DNA of 64,000 nt from an uncultured cyanobacterium (GCA_963703315.1 OY969811.1:3392001-3456000), one strand, 5' to 3'; shown: positions 50,580 through 60,219, numbered from the stretch's first letter. Notes: a model not told the origin generated them from the sequence alone. Numbers and translations are program-made.

Positions 50580-51533
50580 ATGAAATTGATTGTGAGGGAA
50601 AGTATGACTAGTTTTACTGCAAATAGTCCAGAAGCTATTGAGCTTACAGGTGAATCTCAAAGAAGTTCTTTGGCATCTGAATTAATGCTCAAACTAAAGC
50701 AAGGTCAAACTTTCGTAGATTCTTTTTTCCGTAGCCATCTCAACATATTTAGGTTTCTTGCAACGGATAGTTCTTATTTCGGTAGCCTTGTTCATAAGCC
50801 TAACTTCAAATTGATGCGCGTTGAGCCTGAGATTGGTGAAGCTGAACTTAAGCATTTGGCTGATGTCTGCCACAGATCTGACAAAGCTGTATTTCTCAAT
50901 TTGCCTCAAGCTCATGAACTACCACAGCAACACAAGGCGATCGCTTGGTCAGTAAAACGTGCTTTGGATTGGTTAGCGGCTTTCGTGATTCTGACAGTCC
51001 TTAGCCCAGTCATGCTTTGCTTAGCGGTGATCATCTCTAGCACATCAAGTGGTTCCATTTTCTTCCATCAATGGCGTGTTGGGGAGGGTGGCAAGCTATT
51101 TCGGATTATTAAGTTTCGCACCATGATCACCGATGCTGACAAACTACACCATCTCGTCATGAGTGGTCAAACAGGTCTGCATAAGTGTGAGGATGATCCC
51201 CGCATTACACCCGTCGGACGATGGATGCGTAAATATAGCCTTGATGAACTGCCTCAACTATTTAATGTGTTGCGTGGTGAAATGAGTCTTGTCGGTCCTC
51301 GTCCTTGGGCTTTGTATGACGCTTTACGCATTAATGGCAATGGTAAAAGAAGATTAAATTCATTACCAGGAGTGACAGGAGCTTGGCAAGTAAGTCTGAG
51401 ATCGACCATGCTTGATCTAGATGCAGTTACAGAGTGCGATTTAAATTACCTGCGTAATTGGACTTTATGGTCAGACTTGAAAATTCTATTAATGACCGTT
51501 CCTAAAGTTTTGTCTGGATTTGGAGCTTGCTAA
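50580..51533 (+). CDS. Priming sugar transferase (WcaJ/WbaP C-terminal type), HepC-like
   Basis: KRALD + TM, KFRTM, DPRIT.VG..MRKYSLDELPQLFNVLRGEMSLVGPRP; N-terminal extension with LADVC..SDKAVFL. Confidence 0.85.
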   Translation: MKLIVRESMTSFTANSPEAIELTGESQRSSLASELMLKLKQGQTFVDSFFRSHLNIFRFLATDSSYFGSLVHKPNFKLMRVEPEIGEAELKHLADVCHRSDKAVFLNLPQAHELPQQHKAIAWSVKRALDWLAAFVILTVLSPVMLCLAVIISSTSSGSIFFHQWRVGEGGKLFRIIKFRTMITDADKLHHLVMSGQTGLHKCEDDPRITPVGRWMRKYSLDELPQLFNVLRGEMSLVGPRPWALYDALRINGNGKRRLNSLPGVTGAWQVSLRSTMLDLDAVTECDLNYLRNWTLWSDLKILLMTVPKVLSGFGAC

Positions 51534-51759
51534 ATTTTCCCAAGGTTTGTAGGTAGATGAGCAGATATTTACTATCTTTTCAGAGCTGATTTGGAAGTAA
51601 TGCTTGAATTAAATTAATCACTTTATTTCACAAAAATATCTGTCTGTCATATATCAAAAAGTTTGCCCATGTATTTACGTGGGCTTTTCTGTATTTACTA
51701 GTAGCAATGCAAGTTTTGCTATATGGGTTATAGTGGCGGCGCAAAGCGCCGCCACTATA

Positions 51760-52050
51760 TTAACGGTTATGCAATCGTGGATGCATAATCGATGGAATTT
51801 TTGCATTTCCGAGTAAATGTTTTTCAATAATTGTCTGAGCTTTTTTCGGTGTGATATGCCAGTAATAAACTTCGTCAGGCAAAACAACCACAATTGGACC
51901 AGAGCCGCATAGTCCTAGACAGCCACAAGCTTCTACCGTTACATTATCAATTTCCTGTTGTTGGAAAGTTGCCAACACTTCAACCGCACCATCTTTAGCG
52001 CAGGTGCGATGTTGACATACAAGAACTTTACGCACAGGAACATCATCCAC
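51760..52050 (-). CDS. Thioredoxin-like [2Fe-2S] ferredoxin
   Basis: VC...C..DG and CLGLCGSGP, YYW. Confidence 0.85.
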   Translation of the reverse strand: MDDVPVRKVLVCQHRTCAKDGAVEVLATFQQQEIDNVTVEACGCLGLCGSGPIVVVLPDEVYYWHITPKKAQTIIEKHLLGNAKIPSIMHPRLHNR

Positions 52051-52093
52051 AATCGCGATCGCTATTTTGACTAGAGTTTTTTAAATTTTTAAA

Positions 52094-52188
52094 TTTAGGA
52101 CTTACGCAAAAAACTTGAAACCCATATTTTACTGTAGGGGCAATTCATGAATTGCCCCTACAGTTCGTCCTTTTGCGTAAGTCCTAAA
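52094..52188. mobile_element. 95-bp MITE with 18-bp perfect TIRs enclosing a GTAG-type REP palindrome
   Basis: TTTAGGACTTACGCAAAA ... TTTTGCGTAAGTCCTAAA; inner ACTGTAGGGGCAATTCATGAATTGCCCCTACAGT. Confidence 0.8.
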
Positions 52189-52245
52189 ATTGTCTCAAAC
52201 AAATCGGAACCTCAAAAAACTAACAAAAATTTAGAGTAGAAAATC

Positions 52246-52698
52246 TTAGCGTACGACTAAAACAGGTGAAACGCAGTGGTGTACAACATAATCACTGACA
52301 CTGCCTAACATCAACCGTTCAAGGGAGCCGAGTCCCCGTGATCCCAAGATTACTAAGTCAGGATTTTCCTCTTTTGCCACATAACAAATTACATCACGAG
52401 GTTGACCTGTCTCTAATCGGGTACGACTCTCTAGTTTGGCAGCTTGAGCAGTGTCTTGAGCTTTTTGGAGTAGCGCTTGTCCTGCACTCAAGATTTTGCG
52501 CTCTAGTTCGACATCGGGCAAGCCACGCCAGCCAACCCAATCGCCTGTGGGTAGCATCACTTCAGGAACATAGCTACTGAGTGGCTCAACCACAGTCAGC
52601 AAGACAATTTCAGCCTTGAGAGGCTCTGCAAAAACTAACGCTTTAGCCAGAGCGTGTTCGCTAGCTTGAGAGCCATCAATGGGAACTAAGAATTTCAT
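52246..52698 (-). CDS. Universal stress protein
   Basis: VPIDGS, GSRGLG, LGSVSDYVVHH..PVLVVR. Confidence 0.93.
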   Translation of the reverse strand: MKFLVPIDGSQASEHALAKALVFAEPLKAEIVLLTVVEPLSSYVPEVMLPTGDWVGWRGLPDVELERKILSAGQALLQKAQDTAQAAKLESRTRLETGQPRDVICYVAKEENPDLVILGSRGLGSLERLMLGSVSDYVVHHCVSPVLVVR

Positions 52699-53050
52699 AT
52701 ATTTATTCAGGTATAGAGCTTATATTGTCTGTAATGCATTTTGCAATGCATCCGTAATGCTTGGCAAATGTGTAATATCAAAGGGTAACTAACTTAGGCT
52801 ACCTACAAGACATCTGTAAAACATATATAGCGATCGCATGACCCATTTAACTTCTGAAATAAATTTACTGGAAAATTTTGAAGATATGGTTAATTAAATG
52901 CGTTTTTTTACAATTGACGGCGTTTATCCTTAATAAACCAAAGAAAATGAGAATTTGCAAATCCCTATATAACTAATTACAGACCCAAATATACTGAAGT
53001 TGATAAACAAGTTGTAAATCTTTGCTGTAGTTCATCTCTTGTAATATTCC

Positions 53051-54058
53051 ATGACACGTGATATTCGTATTGGTTTTGCAAACTCTGTGGGTAACACCCC
53101 TTTAATTGAAATTGAGTCACTTTCTAAGGCGACAGGATGCACCATTTTGGGTAAAGCCGAATTTTTAAATCCTGGTGGCAGTGTTAAAGATCGAGCAGCG
53201 CTATTTATGGTGCTAGAAGCTGAAAAAGCAGGAACCATTCAGGCTGGTGGCACAATTGTAGAAGGGACGGCGGGTAATACTGGTATTGGACTGTCGCTAG
53301 TTGCCAATGCTCGTGGTTATCGCAGCGTGATCGTCATGCCTAGCAACCAATCTCAAGAAAAAATTGATTTGCTAAGGACTTTAGGTGCTGAAGTAGAACT
53401 AACTAACCCTGTACCTTTCTCTAATCCTGACAATTACTATCACGTTGCCCGTAGACGTGCCGAAGAAATTGAGAATGCGTTTTGGGCAAATCAGTTTGAA
53501 AATTTATCTAACTCTGACGCGCATTACCATACGACTGCCCCTGAAATCTGGAGACAAACAGGTGGTGAACTAGATGGAGTGGTGATGTCTTCTGGTACGG
53601 GTGGTACGATTGGCGGCGTGACGGCTTATCTCAAAGAGCAGAATCCTAAAATTGCGACTTATTTAATTGATCCCACTGGTTCTGGTTTATATAGTTACAT
53701 CACTACGGGTGAATTTAAAGCTGAAGGTAATTCGATTACTGAGGGTATCGGCATTAACCGAGCCACTGCAAATTTTAATCGCGCTCAATTAGATGGTGCT
53801 TTTCAGGGAACCGATCAGCAGGTAATTGAGATGGCACAATATTTACTAAAGCATGATGGCTTGTTTGTAGGAAGTTCGGCAGCGCTGAATGTAGTTGGAG
53901 CCGTAAAGTTAGCAAGGAAACTCGGTAAAGGACATACGATCGCTACAATTCTCTGTGATGGTGGTGGGCGATATCAGAGTCGAATGTATAACCCAGAGTG
54001 GCTAGCCGAAAAGGGCTTAACTCCTGTGGCTCAAGGATTGGAGTTTATTGATGAGTAA
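53051..54058 (+). CDS. cysK: Cysteine synthase
   Basis: KAEFLNPGGSVKDR, EGTAGNTG, GTGGT, TEGIG. Confidence 0.88.
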   Translation: MTRDIRIGFANSVGNTPLIEIESLSKATGCTILGKAEFLNPGGSVKDRAALFMVLEAEKAGTIQAGGTIVEGTAGNTGIGLSLVANARGYRSVIVMPSNQSQEKIDLLRTLGAEVELTNPVPFSNPDNYYHVARRRAEEIENAFWANQFENLSNSDAHYHTTAPEIWRQTGGELDGVVMSSGTGGTIGGVTAYLKEQNPKIATYLIDPTGSGLYSYITTGEFKAEGNSITEGIGINRATANFNRAQLDGAFQGTDQQVIEMAQYLLKHDGLFVGSSAALNVVGAVKLARKLGKGHTIATILCDGGGRYQSRMYNPEWLAEKGLTPVAQGLEFIDE

Positions 54059-54506
54059 TGCAGCTGTGAATCTAGAGACTAATCCTGAACCACCTCCCAA
54101 AAAATATCGACGTATTGGTGTCGGTGTGGTCTGGGATCGCGATCGCCAAAGGATCTTAATTGATCGCCGTTTACCTGAAGGTGAATTGGCAGGATATTGG
54201 GAATTCCCTGGGGGCAAGATTGAGCCTCATGAAGATGCGGCAACTTGCATCAAGCGGGAATTGCTAGAGGAATTAGCGATCAATATAGAGGTGGGCGATC
54301 ACTTGATTACGGTTGATCATGAATATCAGACTCTGAAGGTAAGTTTGATTGTGCATCATTGTATTCATGTTTCAGGTGAACCACAGGCGATCGCTTGTTC
54401 AGAATTTCTCTGGGTCACAGTTAATGATTTAGAAACCTATCAATTGCCAGCCGCCAATTATCAAATTGTCCAAGCTTTAAAGTTATCGCCATTCCCATTT
54501 TCCTAA
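54051..54506 (+). CDS. mutT: 8-oxo-dGTP diphosphatase (Nudix)
   Basis: WEFPGGKIE.....CIKRELLEEL, PAAN. Confidence 0.88.
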   Translation: MSNAAVNLETNPEPPPKKYRRIGVGVVWDRDRQRILIDRRLPEGELAGYWEFPGGKIEPHEDAATCIKRELLEELAINIEVGDHLITVDHEYQTLKVSLIVHHCIHVSGEPQAIACSEFLWVTVNDLETYQLPAANYQIVQALKLSPFPFS

Positions 54507-54512
54507 AGCCTC

Positions 54513-54748
54513 TCAAAAGATTGATAGCGGCGCTTCGCGCCGCTATCAATCTTTTGGCTTTTTGCTTCTTACCTAGCCAGACCCAGCAAGAGTTAGCTAG
54601 TACAAATCAAAACCCCAGAAATGAGTTGCGGCGCAAAGCGCCGCAACTCATTTCTGGTTTTATGTCCTAAGCAAAACTTGCATTGTTATAGATCTAAAAC
54701 CTGTAGCGCACGCTGCGCGTGCGCTACAGGTTTTAATTATGCCTACTT
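54513..54748. repeat. Cluster of three hairpin elements including an inverted B2 MITE (54586-54690)
   Basis: Hairpin centres GCTTCGC, GCAAAGC and GCTGCGC with long perfect stems. Confidence 0.8.
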
Positions 54749-54891
54749 AATTATGTAAAGAAATAAAACTAAATACAAATATTTCTTTACACTTTGCCTT
54801 TAAGCAAAAATCCTTAGAGAGATTGAATTATCAAGTTTTTTTAATGCCCCGCATAAGTTCTGCTCATAATCTGGGGATAACAGCGCGAACT

Positions 54892-54909
54892 TTGCACTAA
54901 ATCTGCACA
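54892..54909 (+). promoter_or_regulatory. L-box-like direct repeat (candidate RcaC site)
   Basis: TTGCACT-AAAT-CTGCACA versus consensus TTGCACA-N4-TTGCACA; about 195 nt upstream of the first linker gene. Confidence 0.65.
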
Positions 54910-55104
54910 AATTAGCTGTTTTAATCGCTCTATTAGGAATCAGCGTGAATGACTTTAATTATTACACCTGAATCTTAAATTTTTAGTTGATCTTTTTTTA
55001 TCTTTTTCACTAAGTTTCTATTTAATGTTTGGGAAATTATCTTTCTCAAACATCATCAAACATAAAAAACATCATAAAAAACATATTTTCAGGAGCTTCA
55101 ATAT

Positions 55105-55923
55105 ATGACAAGTTCTGCGGCAGCTACCCAGTTGGGATTTGAGCCTTTTGTTAATTTTTCTCCTCTAGAACTACGCACATATCGGAGTGATGCCGATGTT
55201 CAAGCCGTAATTAATGGTGCTTATCGTCAGGTTTTTGGGAATGAATACATCACTCTTTCCCAACGCCTCACTAGTGCTGAATCTTTGCTAACTAATGGCA
55301 GTATTTCCGTTCGGGATTTTGTCCGCGCTTTGGCTCAGTCAGAATTGTACCGCGACAAGTTCTTTTCTTCTACACCACAAGTTCGTTTCATCGAATTGAA
55401 CTTCAAACATCTCTTGGGTCGCGCTCCCAATGATGAGGCAGAGATTACAGAACACGTCAATCTCTATATTGAGAAAGGCTATGAAGCTGAAATCAATTCC
55501 TATGTTGATTCTGCTGAATATGAAGAGAGCTTTGGTGATGCGATCGTTCCTTACTACCGCACATTTGCCACTCAGCGTGGTCAAAAAACTGTAGCGTTTA
55601 ATCGCATTTTCCAACTCTATCGTGGTTATGCTAACAGCGATCGCTCTCAAGGCAAAAACAAATCTGCATGGTTGACTAACGACCTTGCTCAAAACAGTTC
55701 TAACCCCATTCGCACTGCCAATTTTGGACAAGGACTGGCTGGTAATACCAGTGATGATCGTGGACAACTTTATCGCATCAGTGCCGTTCAAGCTGAACGT
55801 GGAAAGACTACGCAAATTCGTCGCAGTGTCACTGAGTATTTAGTTCCCTATGATCAGCTATCTTCCATGTTGCAAAGGTTGAATAAGCGCGGTAGCCGTA
55901 TCACCCAAGTTGCCCTTGCTTAA
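55105..55923 (+). CDS. cpcH: Phycocyanin rod linker, CpcC family (CpcH-like)
   Basis: [24 protein letters not shown]-terminal CpcD-like domain; MTSSAAA..LGFEPF start recalls Fremyella CpcH. Confidence 0.75.
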   Translation: MTSSAAATQLGFEPFVNFSPLELRTYRSDADVQAVINGAYRQVFGNEYITLSQRLTSAESLLTNGSISVRDFVRALAQSELYRDKFFSSTPQVRFIELNFKHLLGRAPNDEAEITEHVNLYIEKGYEAEINSYVDSAEYEESFGDAIVPYYRTFATQRGQKTVAFNRIFQLYRGYANSDRSQGKNKSAWLTNDLAQNSSNPIRTANFGQGLAGNTSDDRGQLYRISAVQAERGKTTQIRRSVTEYLVPYDQLSSMLQRLNKRGSRITQVALA

Positions 55924-56028
55924 CGAGATTGTATTTATCACCGTTGGCAATTGCAATTTGTCAGGACTTCCGTAATAACTGTAGAGGCAATGTATTATTT
56001 GCCTCTACTAAGTTTCTTGTATATTCTT

Positions 56029-56106
56029 TATAGCGTTTTTCAGCCTAGTGAAGTACGGGTTTAGGAAACAAACCTATGTATCTCTCTTGCTTGAGAAGCA
56101 CTATAT
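56029..56106. mobile_element. Short family C TA-flanked element
   Basis: TATAGCGTTTTTCAG ... TTGAGAAGCACTATA imperfect TIRs. Confidence 0.55.
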
Positions 56107-56283
56107 AACAAGCAAATTGCAGTAAATAAGATATTTTGTAATTATTACTAATGTAATCACCCATATTTTTGTTAAAATGATCGTATAGTAACGATTTTGG
56201 CAAAAATACTGATTTTATTTCAAATCAATTATTACTTCAGCCTCAAGCGCTAGAATCTATCTAAAATTTAAGGAAAACAAACT

Positions 56284-57153
56284 ATGGCAATTACCGATGC
56301 CGCATCTCGTTTAGGAACTGCTCCTTTTAGCGATTTCAAACCAGTGGAACTACGTCCCAACTTTTCTCCAGAGGACGCTCAAATTGTGATCAATGCTGTC
56401 TATCGCCATGTATTAGGCAATGATTACATCTTGGCAGCCGATCGCTTGGTTGGACTAGAATCTTTGCTAACCAATGGTCAAATCACCGTGCGTGATTTTG
56501 TACGTGCAGTTGCCAAGTCTGACCTATACAAAACTAAGTTCCTCTATAGCAACTTCCATACTCGTGTCATTGAATTAAACTTCAAGCACTTGTTAGGACG
56601 CGCTCCCTATGCAGAAACTGAAGTAGTTGAGCATCTTGATCGCTATCAGAACGAAGGTTTTGATGCTGATATTGATTCTTTCATCGATTCTGATGAGTAC
56701 GAAGCAAGCTTTGGTGATTCCATCGTTCCTTACTATCGCAGTTTCAAAGTTGGCACTGGCGATAGAACCGTTGGCTTTACCAGAATCTTCCGTCTCTATC
56801 GTGGTTATGCCAACAGCGATCGCGCTCAAGTTGCTGGAGATGCTTCCAGACTAGCAACTGAACTTGCTCAAAATAGCATTTCCCCAATCGTTGGCGCTTC
56901 TGGCGGTAATGATGGTTGGGCATATCAACCTGCTAAGCAAGGTAATGCTCCTAACCGTGCATTTGGTCGTTCTTCTGTCGGTTCTACAGATCGTCTATAC
57001 AGAATCGAAGTTTCTGCGATCTCTCTACCTAGATACCCTCAAGTTCGTCGCAGCAACAGAGAGTACATTGTCTCCTACAAAGAGTTGAACAACACCCTAG
57101 CACGCATCAGCAAGTTGGGTGGCAAAGTCGCAAGTATTACGATCGCTCAATAG
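56284..57153 (+). CDS. cpcI: Phycocyanin rod linker, CpcC family (CpcI-like)
   Basis: [52 protein letters not shown]. Confidence 0.75.
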   Translation: MAITDAASRLGTAPFSDFKPVELRPNFSPEDAQIVINAVYRHVLGNDYILAADRLVGLESLLTNGQITVRDFVRAVAKSDLYKTKFLYSNFHTRVIELNFKHLLGRAPYAETEVVEHLDRYQNEGFDADIDSFIDSDEYEASFGDSIVPYYRSFKVGTGDRTVGFTRIFRLYRGYANSDRAQVAGDASRLATELAQNSISPIVGASGGNDGWAYQPAKQGNAPNRAFGRSSVGSTDRLYRIEVSAISLPRYPQVRRSNREYIVSYKELNNTLARISKLGGKVASITIAQ

Positions 57154-57350
57154 TTAGAGGCATTTGCACTCTTGCTGTACTTCCTTCGTAGTAATGCTTA
57201 ATTCCCAAAAGTGTGCCAATACTTTTGGGAATTAAAAACCAAATCCAGCAATGGTTTTAAAAGCTAAAAATAATTAGTGTGGCGCGGCTTTGCCGTGTAG
57301 CACTAATTATTCATTTCTATTTCCAAAATATACATTCAAAATTTATTACT

Positions 57351-57572
57351 ATGGCTCTTTCTACTTCAGCTACAGATACTCGTGTTTTTCTCTATGAAGT
57401 GTCAGGATTACGTCAAAATGATGTAACCGATAAAAACACCTATCCTATTCGCAACAGCAGTAACTTCTTTGTTCGTGTGCCTTTCAGCCGCCTCAATGAG
57501 CAAACACGTAAAATCACTCGTCTCGGTGGCACAATCGTGAGCATTCGCCCACTTACTGAGTCTGCATCTTAG
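57351..57572 (+). CDS. cpcD: Rod-capping linker CpcD
   Basis: RVFLYEVSGLRQ..YPIRNS..VPFSRLNE..KITRLGGTIVSI; ATG at 57351. Confidence 0.9.
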   Translation: MALSTSATDTRVFLYEVSGLRQNDVTDKNTYPIRNSSNFFVRVPFSRLNEQTRKITRLGGTIVSIRPLTESAS

Positions 57573-57613
57573 GCTGCTAAGCATCTCCATCAATTAATTT
57601 TCACATCAACAAA

Positions 57614-57745
57614 CACAAAATCAGAAAGAGAGTTGCGGCGCTCCGCGCCGCAACTCTCTTTCTGATTTTGTGTCCTAAGCAAAACTTTTTTCCTATAAAG
57701 AAGAAGAGGTTGCACTAAGTGCAACCTCTTCTTCTTTATAGGAAA
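57614..57745. terminator. Two long hairpins between convergent genes
   Basis: Family B hairpin with GCTCCGC centre, then TTCCTATAAAGAAGAAGAGGTTGCAC-TAA-GTGCAACCTCTTCTTCTTTATAGGAA. Confidence 0.7.
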
Positions 57746-57893
57746 TATCCCATCTCAACACAAAAAACTTCATTATCCCCGTTTGCCCTTTCTGTATGAA
57801 AATGGGCAAGCCACAAAAATATATAAATAGAACTTTTGTGGTTTTCAAGTTGTCTCTAACAGCTTGAAAATCGCGGTAGAGTAATTTAAACAA

Positions 57894-58346
57894 TTACCAC
57901 AAGGCAGGGACAGGACGGTTAGGTACTGCCGCTGGAGGCTCAAATCTGGGCATGGGAACCGCAGGAGCAGGTTCTTCAGGAGCAGCACAAGCATTAAATC
58001 CTTCAGAAAGCAAAGAAGAACAGTAAGAACTTGGCAAATCACGGGTACGAATAGTCGCATCGCTAAGAGTTTGCAAGTCTAGCATTTCTCGATTAATTGC
58101 TCGAACAGCATTGGCTTGACGTTCAATCCATTGATCCCTAAAGGTAGTTTGTATATAGGGATTAGGCAAGTTCGGATCAGAGGTCATATCTAAAACTTTG
58201 TTCTGTACCTGAGGATAGGTAGGAGGAAAGTTCCGAGGATATTGATCTTGATCCGTGAGTAGGGGATCGGCAAAAGCTGCACCACTAGCTAACAGCGTTG
58301 AAGCTACAACCATTGATGAAGCGAGCCACGAGAACCTAGTATTCAT
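57894..58346 (-). CDS. Secreted cyanobacterial hypothetical protein
   Basis: Signal peptide MNTRFSW..AFA; IRTRDLPS.Y.SSL motif; Pro-rich tail ending VPALW. Confidence 0.7.
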   Translation of the reverse strand: MNTRFSWLASSMVVASTLLASGAAFADPLLTDQDQYPRNFPPTYPQVQNKVLDMTSDPNLPNPYIQTTFRDQWIERQANAVRAINREMLDLQTLSDATIRTRDLPSSYCSSLLSEGFNACAAPEEPAPAVPMPRFEPPAAVPNRPVPALW

Positions 58347-58533
58347 ATAAATAGGCATCCTCACAGTTGGACGCTGACTAATGTAGCAGATCCAGTCATA
58401 AATTGACTGGTTTCTCAAAATTAGGTGGGGCAATTCAAAAAATAGCAGTGCCATTTTTTGAATCGGTATTAAGCAAGTGACAAGCGTTTACACTTAAAAA
58501 GGAATTTACAAACTCAAAATTTAATTCAACGTT

Positions 58534-59103
58534 GTGGAACATTCAAATCGTGAAAAGTTACTAGACCTGTTTTGTCGTCTGGCTTATAAAAGTGGGGACT
58601 TTACCCTGTCTTCTGGACAAAAAAGTACTTACTACATCAATGGCAAACTAGTTACACTGCATCCCTTTGGCGGACTATGGACTGGACAGGTATTACTGTC
58701 TCAGTTGCCAGAAGGCACAGGTGCAGTAGCGGGTTTAACCCTCGGTGCTGACCCGATTGTTAGCGCTGTCAGCGTAGTCTCTGCTTACGAAAATCGCCCG
58801 ATTCCTGCCCTAATTATTCGGAAGCAGCCTAAGGGTCATGGCACTGCGGCATGGATTGAGGGACCTGAACTTGCACCGAATACGAATGTGGTCGTACTAG
58901 AAGATGTCGTCACAACAGGTCAATCAGCCTTGTTTGCTGTTGAGAAGTTGCGTGATGCAGGTTATACCGTGACCCACGTATTAACACTAGTCGATCGCCA
59001 GCAGGGTGGTGCTGAGCTTTATGCTAAAGAAGGATTAAAGTTTGGAGCCGTATTTGAGATTAGCGAAATTCAAAGCTATGCCAAAGACACCCTAAAAAAT
59101 TAA
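58534..59103 (+). CDS. pyrE: Orotate phosphoribosyltransferase
   Basis: GDFTLSSG..STYYI, IRKQPKGHG, LEDVVTTG. Confidence 0.95.
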   Translation: MEHSNREKLLDLFCRLAYKSGDFTLSSGQKSTYYINGKLVTLHPFGGLWTGQVLLSQLPEGTGAVAGLTLGADPIVSAVSVVSAYENRPIPALIIRKQPKGHGTAAWIEGPELAPNTNVVVLEDVVTTGQSALFAVEKLRDAGYTVTHVLTLVDRQQGGAELYAKEGLKFGAVFEISEIQSYAKDTLKN

Positions 59104-59137
59104 AAATGCACCGCGCAAAGCGCGGTGCATTTTTAAT
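59097..59137. terminator. Bidirectional hairpin between convergent genes
   Basis: AATTAAAAATGCACCGCGC-AAA-GCGCGGTGCATTTTTAATT. Confidence 0.75.
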
Positions 59138-59929
59138 TTAATAAATAGCTTCCTTGGGCTTAACTAAATTAATTGCTCTCAAGCCTGAAATTACACCCGT
59201 GCCAATGACTGCTCCAGACAAGCCTCGCATCGCATTCTCGACAGGAACAATCGGAATCAGCGCATTCCAAATTGGTTCTGGCCAGTTGAAGAGATAGTAA
59301 GTAAAGGGAACTTGACTAAGGTGAGCCAGTCCACACACAGTCCAAGTACCAGCAAATATTCCGATCGCCACTTTGACAAGATTATCACTGCTAATTAAAT
59401 TGGCAAATAATGTCCGTGTTGGCAATGCAAACAACAGTAGCCCTGACCAATCGATAAAGGCTCCTAAAATAAAAGTATTTACAGGAATAGCATTACGGGC
59501 GATCGCTAAATAGGCATAGGTTACTAATTCCAGAACAAAGAGAACTGTTAAGCCTAAATACCAAAATTGTCTACTGCGATTTGTACCCATTGCTCCTGCC
59601 GCAAAACTAGCGATCACTGCGCCCCAAATCGCAACTGCGGGAACACTCCCTGCTGTATGGGGCGCAAGGAAGATGCCGATAAAAGTACCAATGCCACTTG
59701 CCAAAGCGCCTGCTAACGAGCCAAGTATCCAACCCAGCAAAGGATAGATACTTTGGCTGAGGGGAATACCTTTACCAGAGCCAAGCACAATCGAAAAAGG
59801 GATAAATGCTAACACCGTGACGACAGCAGCGAGGACGATGATGTAAGCGATCGGCGTGCCATCGATCGCCGCACCTCCGATCGTCTTTACTTCACGCTCT
59901 GAGCCTTCTGGGGTATGGTTTTCAGTCAT
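59138..59929 (-). CDS. Polytopic membrane protein, possibly an ECF-type S component
   Basis: About 7 TM helices; N-terminal LAAVV.VLAFIP..and G.ILG..AG pattern. Confidence 0.55.
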   Translation of the reverse strand: MTENHTPEGSEREVKTIGGAAIDGTPIAYIIVLAAVVTVLAFIPFSIVLGSGKGIPLSQSIYPLLGWILGSLAGALASGIGTFIGIFLAPHTAGSVPAVAIWGAVIASFAAGAMGTNRSRQFWYLGLTVLFVLELVTYAYLAIARNAIPVNTFILGAFIDWSGLLLFALPTRTLFANLISSDNLVKVAIGIFAGTWTVCGLAHLSQVPFTYYLFNWPEPIWNALIPIVPVENAMRGLSGAVIGTGVISGLRAINLVKPKEAIY

Positions 59930-60219
59930 GACAATTATTATAAGCTTTGATATTCTTGGCGATCGGAGTCTAGATACAAAGAATATACCTTATCCCTTAC
60001 CTCTAATCTTTACCAACAAAGTAAAACTATCATTCCATAGGATTTAGCTGTAAAGCTTACTAAACAAAGGCTTGAGTAGATATTAATAGATGGCTGCAAT
60101 AAAAATTTGATCAAAGTTTGGTCAAGTTATTGACTTAAATTCTCAAATAGGTTTAAGCTGTATTTAATAGTTATTGCGAGTAATTCTTTTTAATGCAGCG
60201 ATCTCTTTCTCCAAAATTA

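Noticed and set aside
60170..60195. Possible Fur-like box before phnD
   Set aside because: Dyad symmetry is too weak
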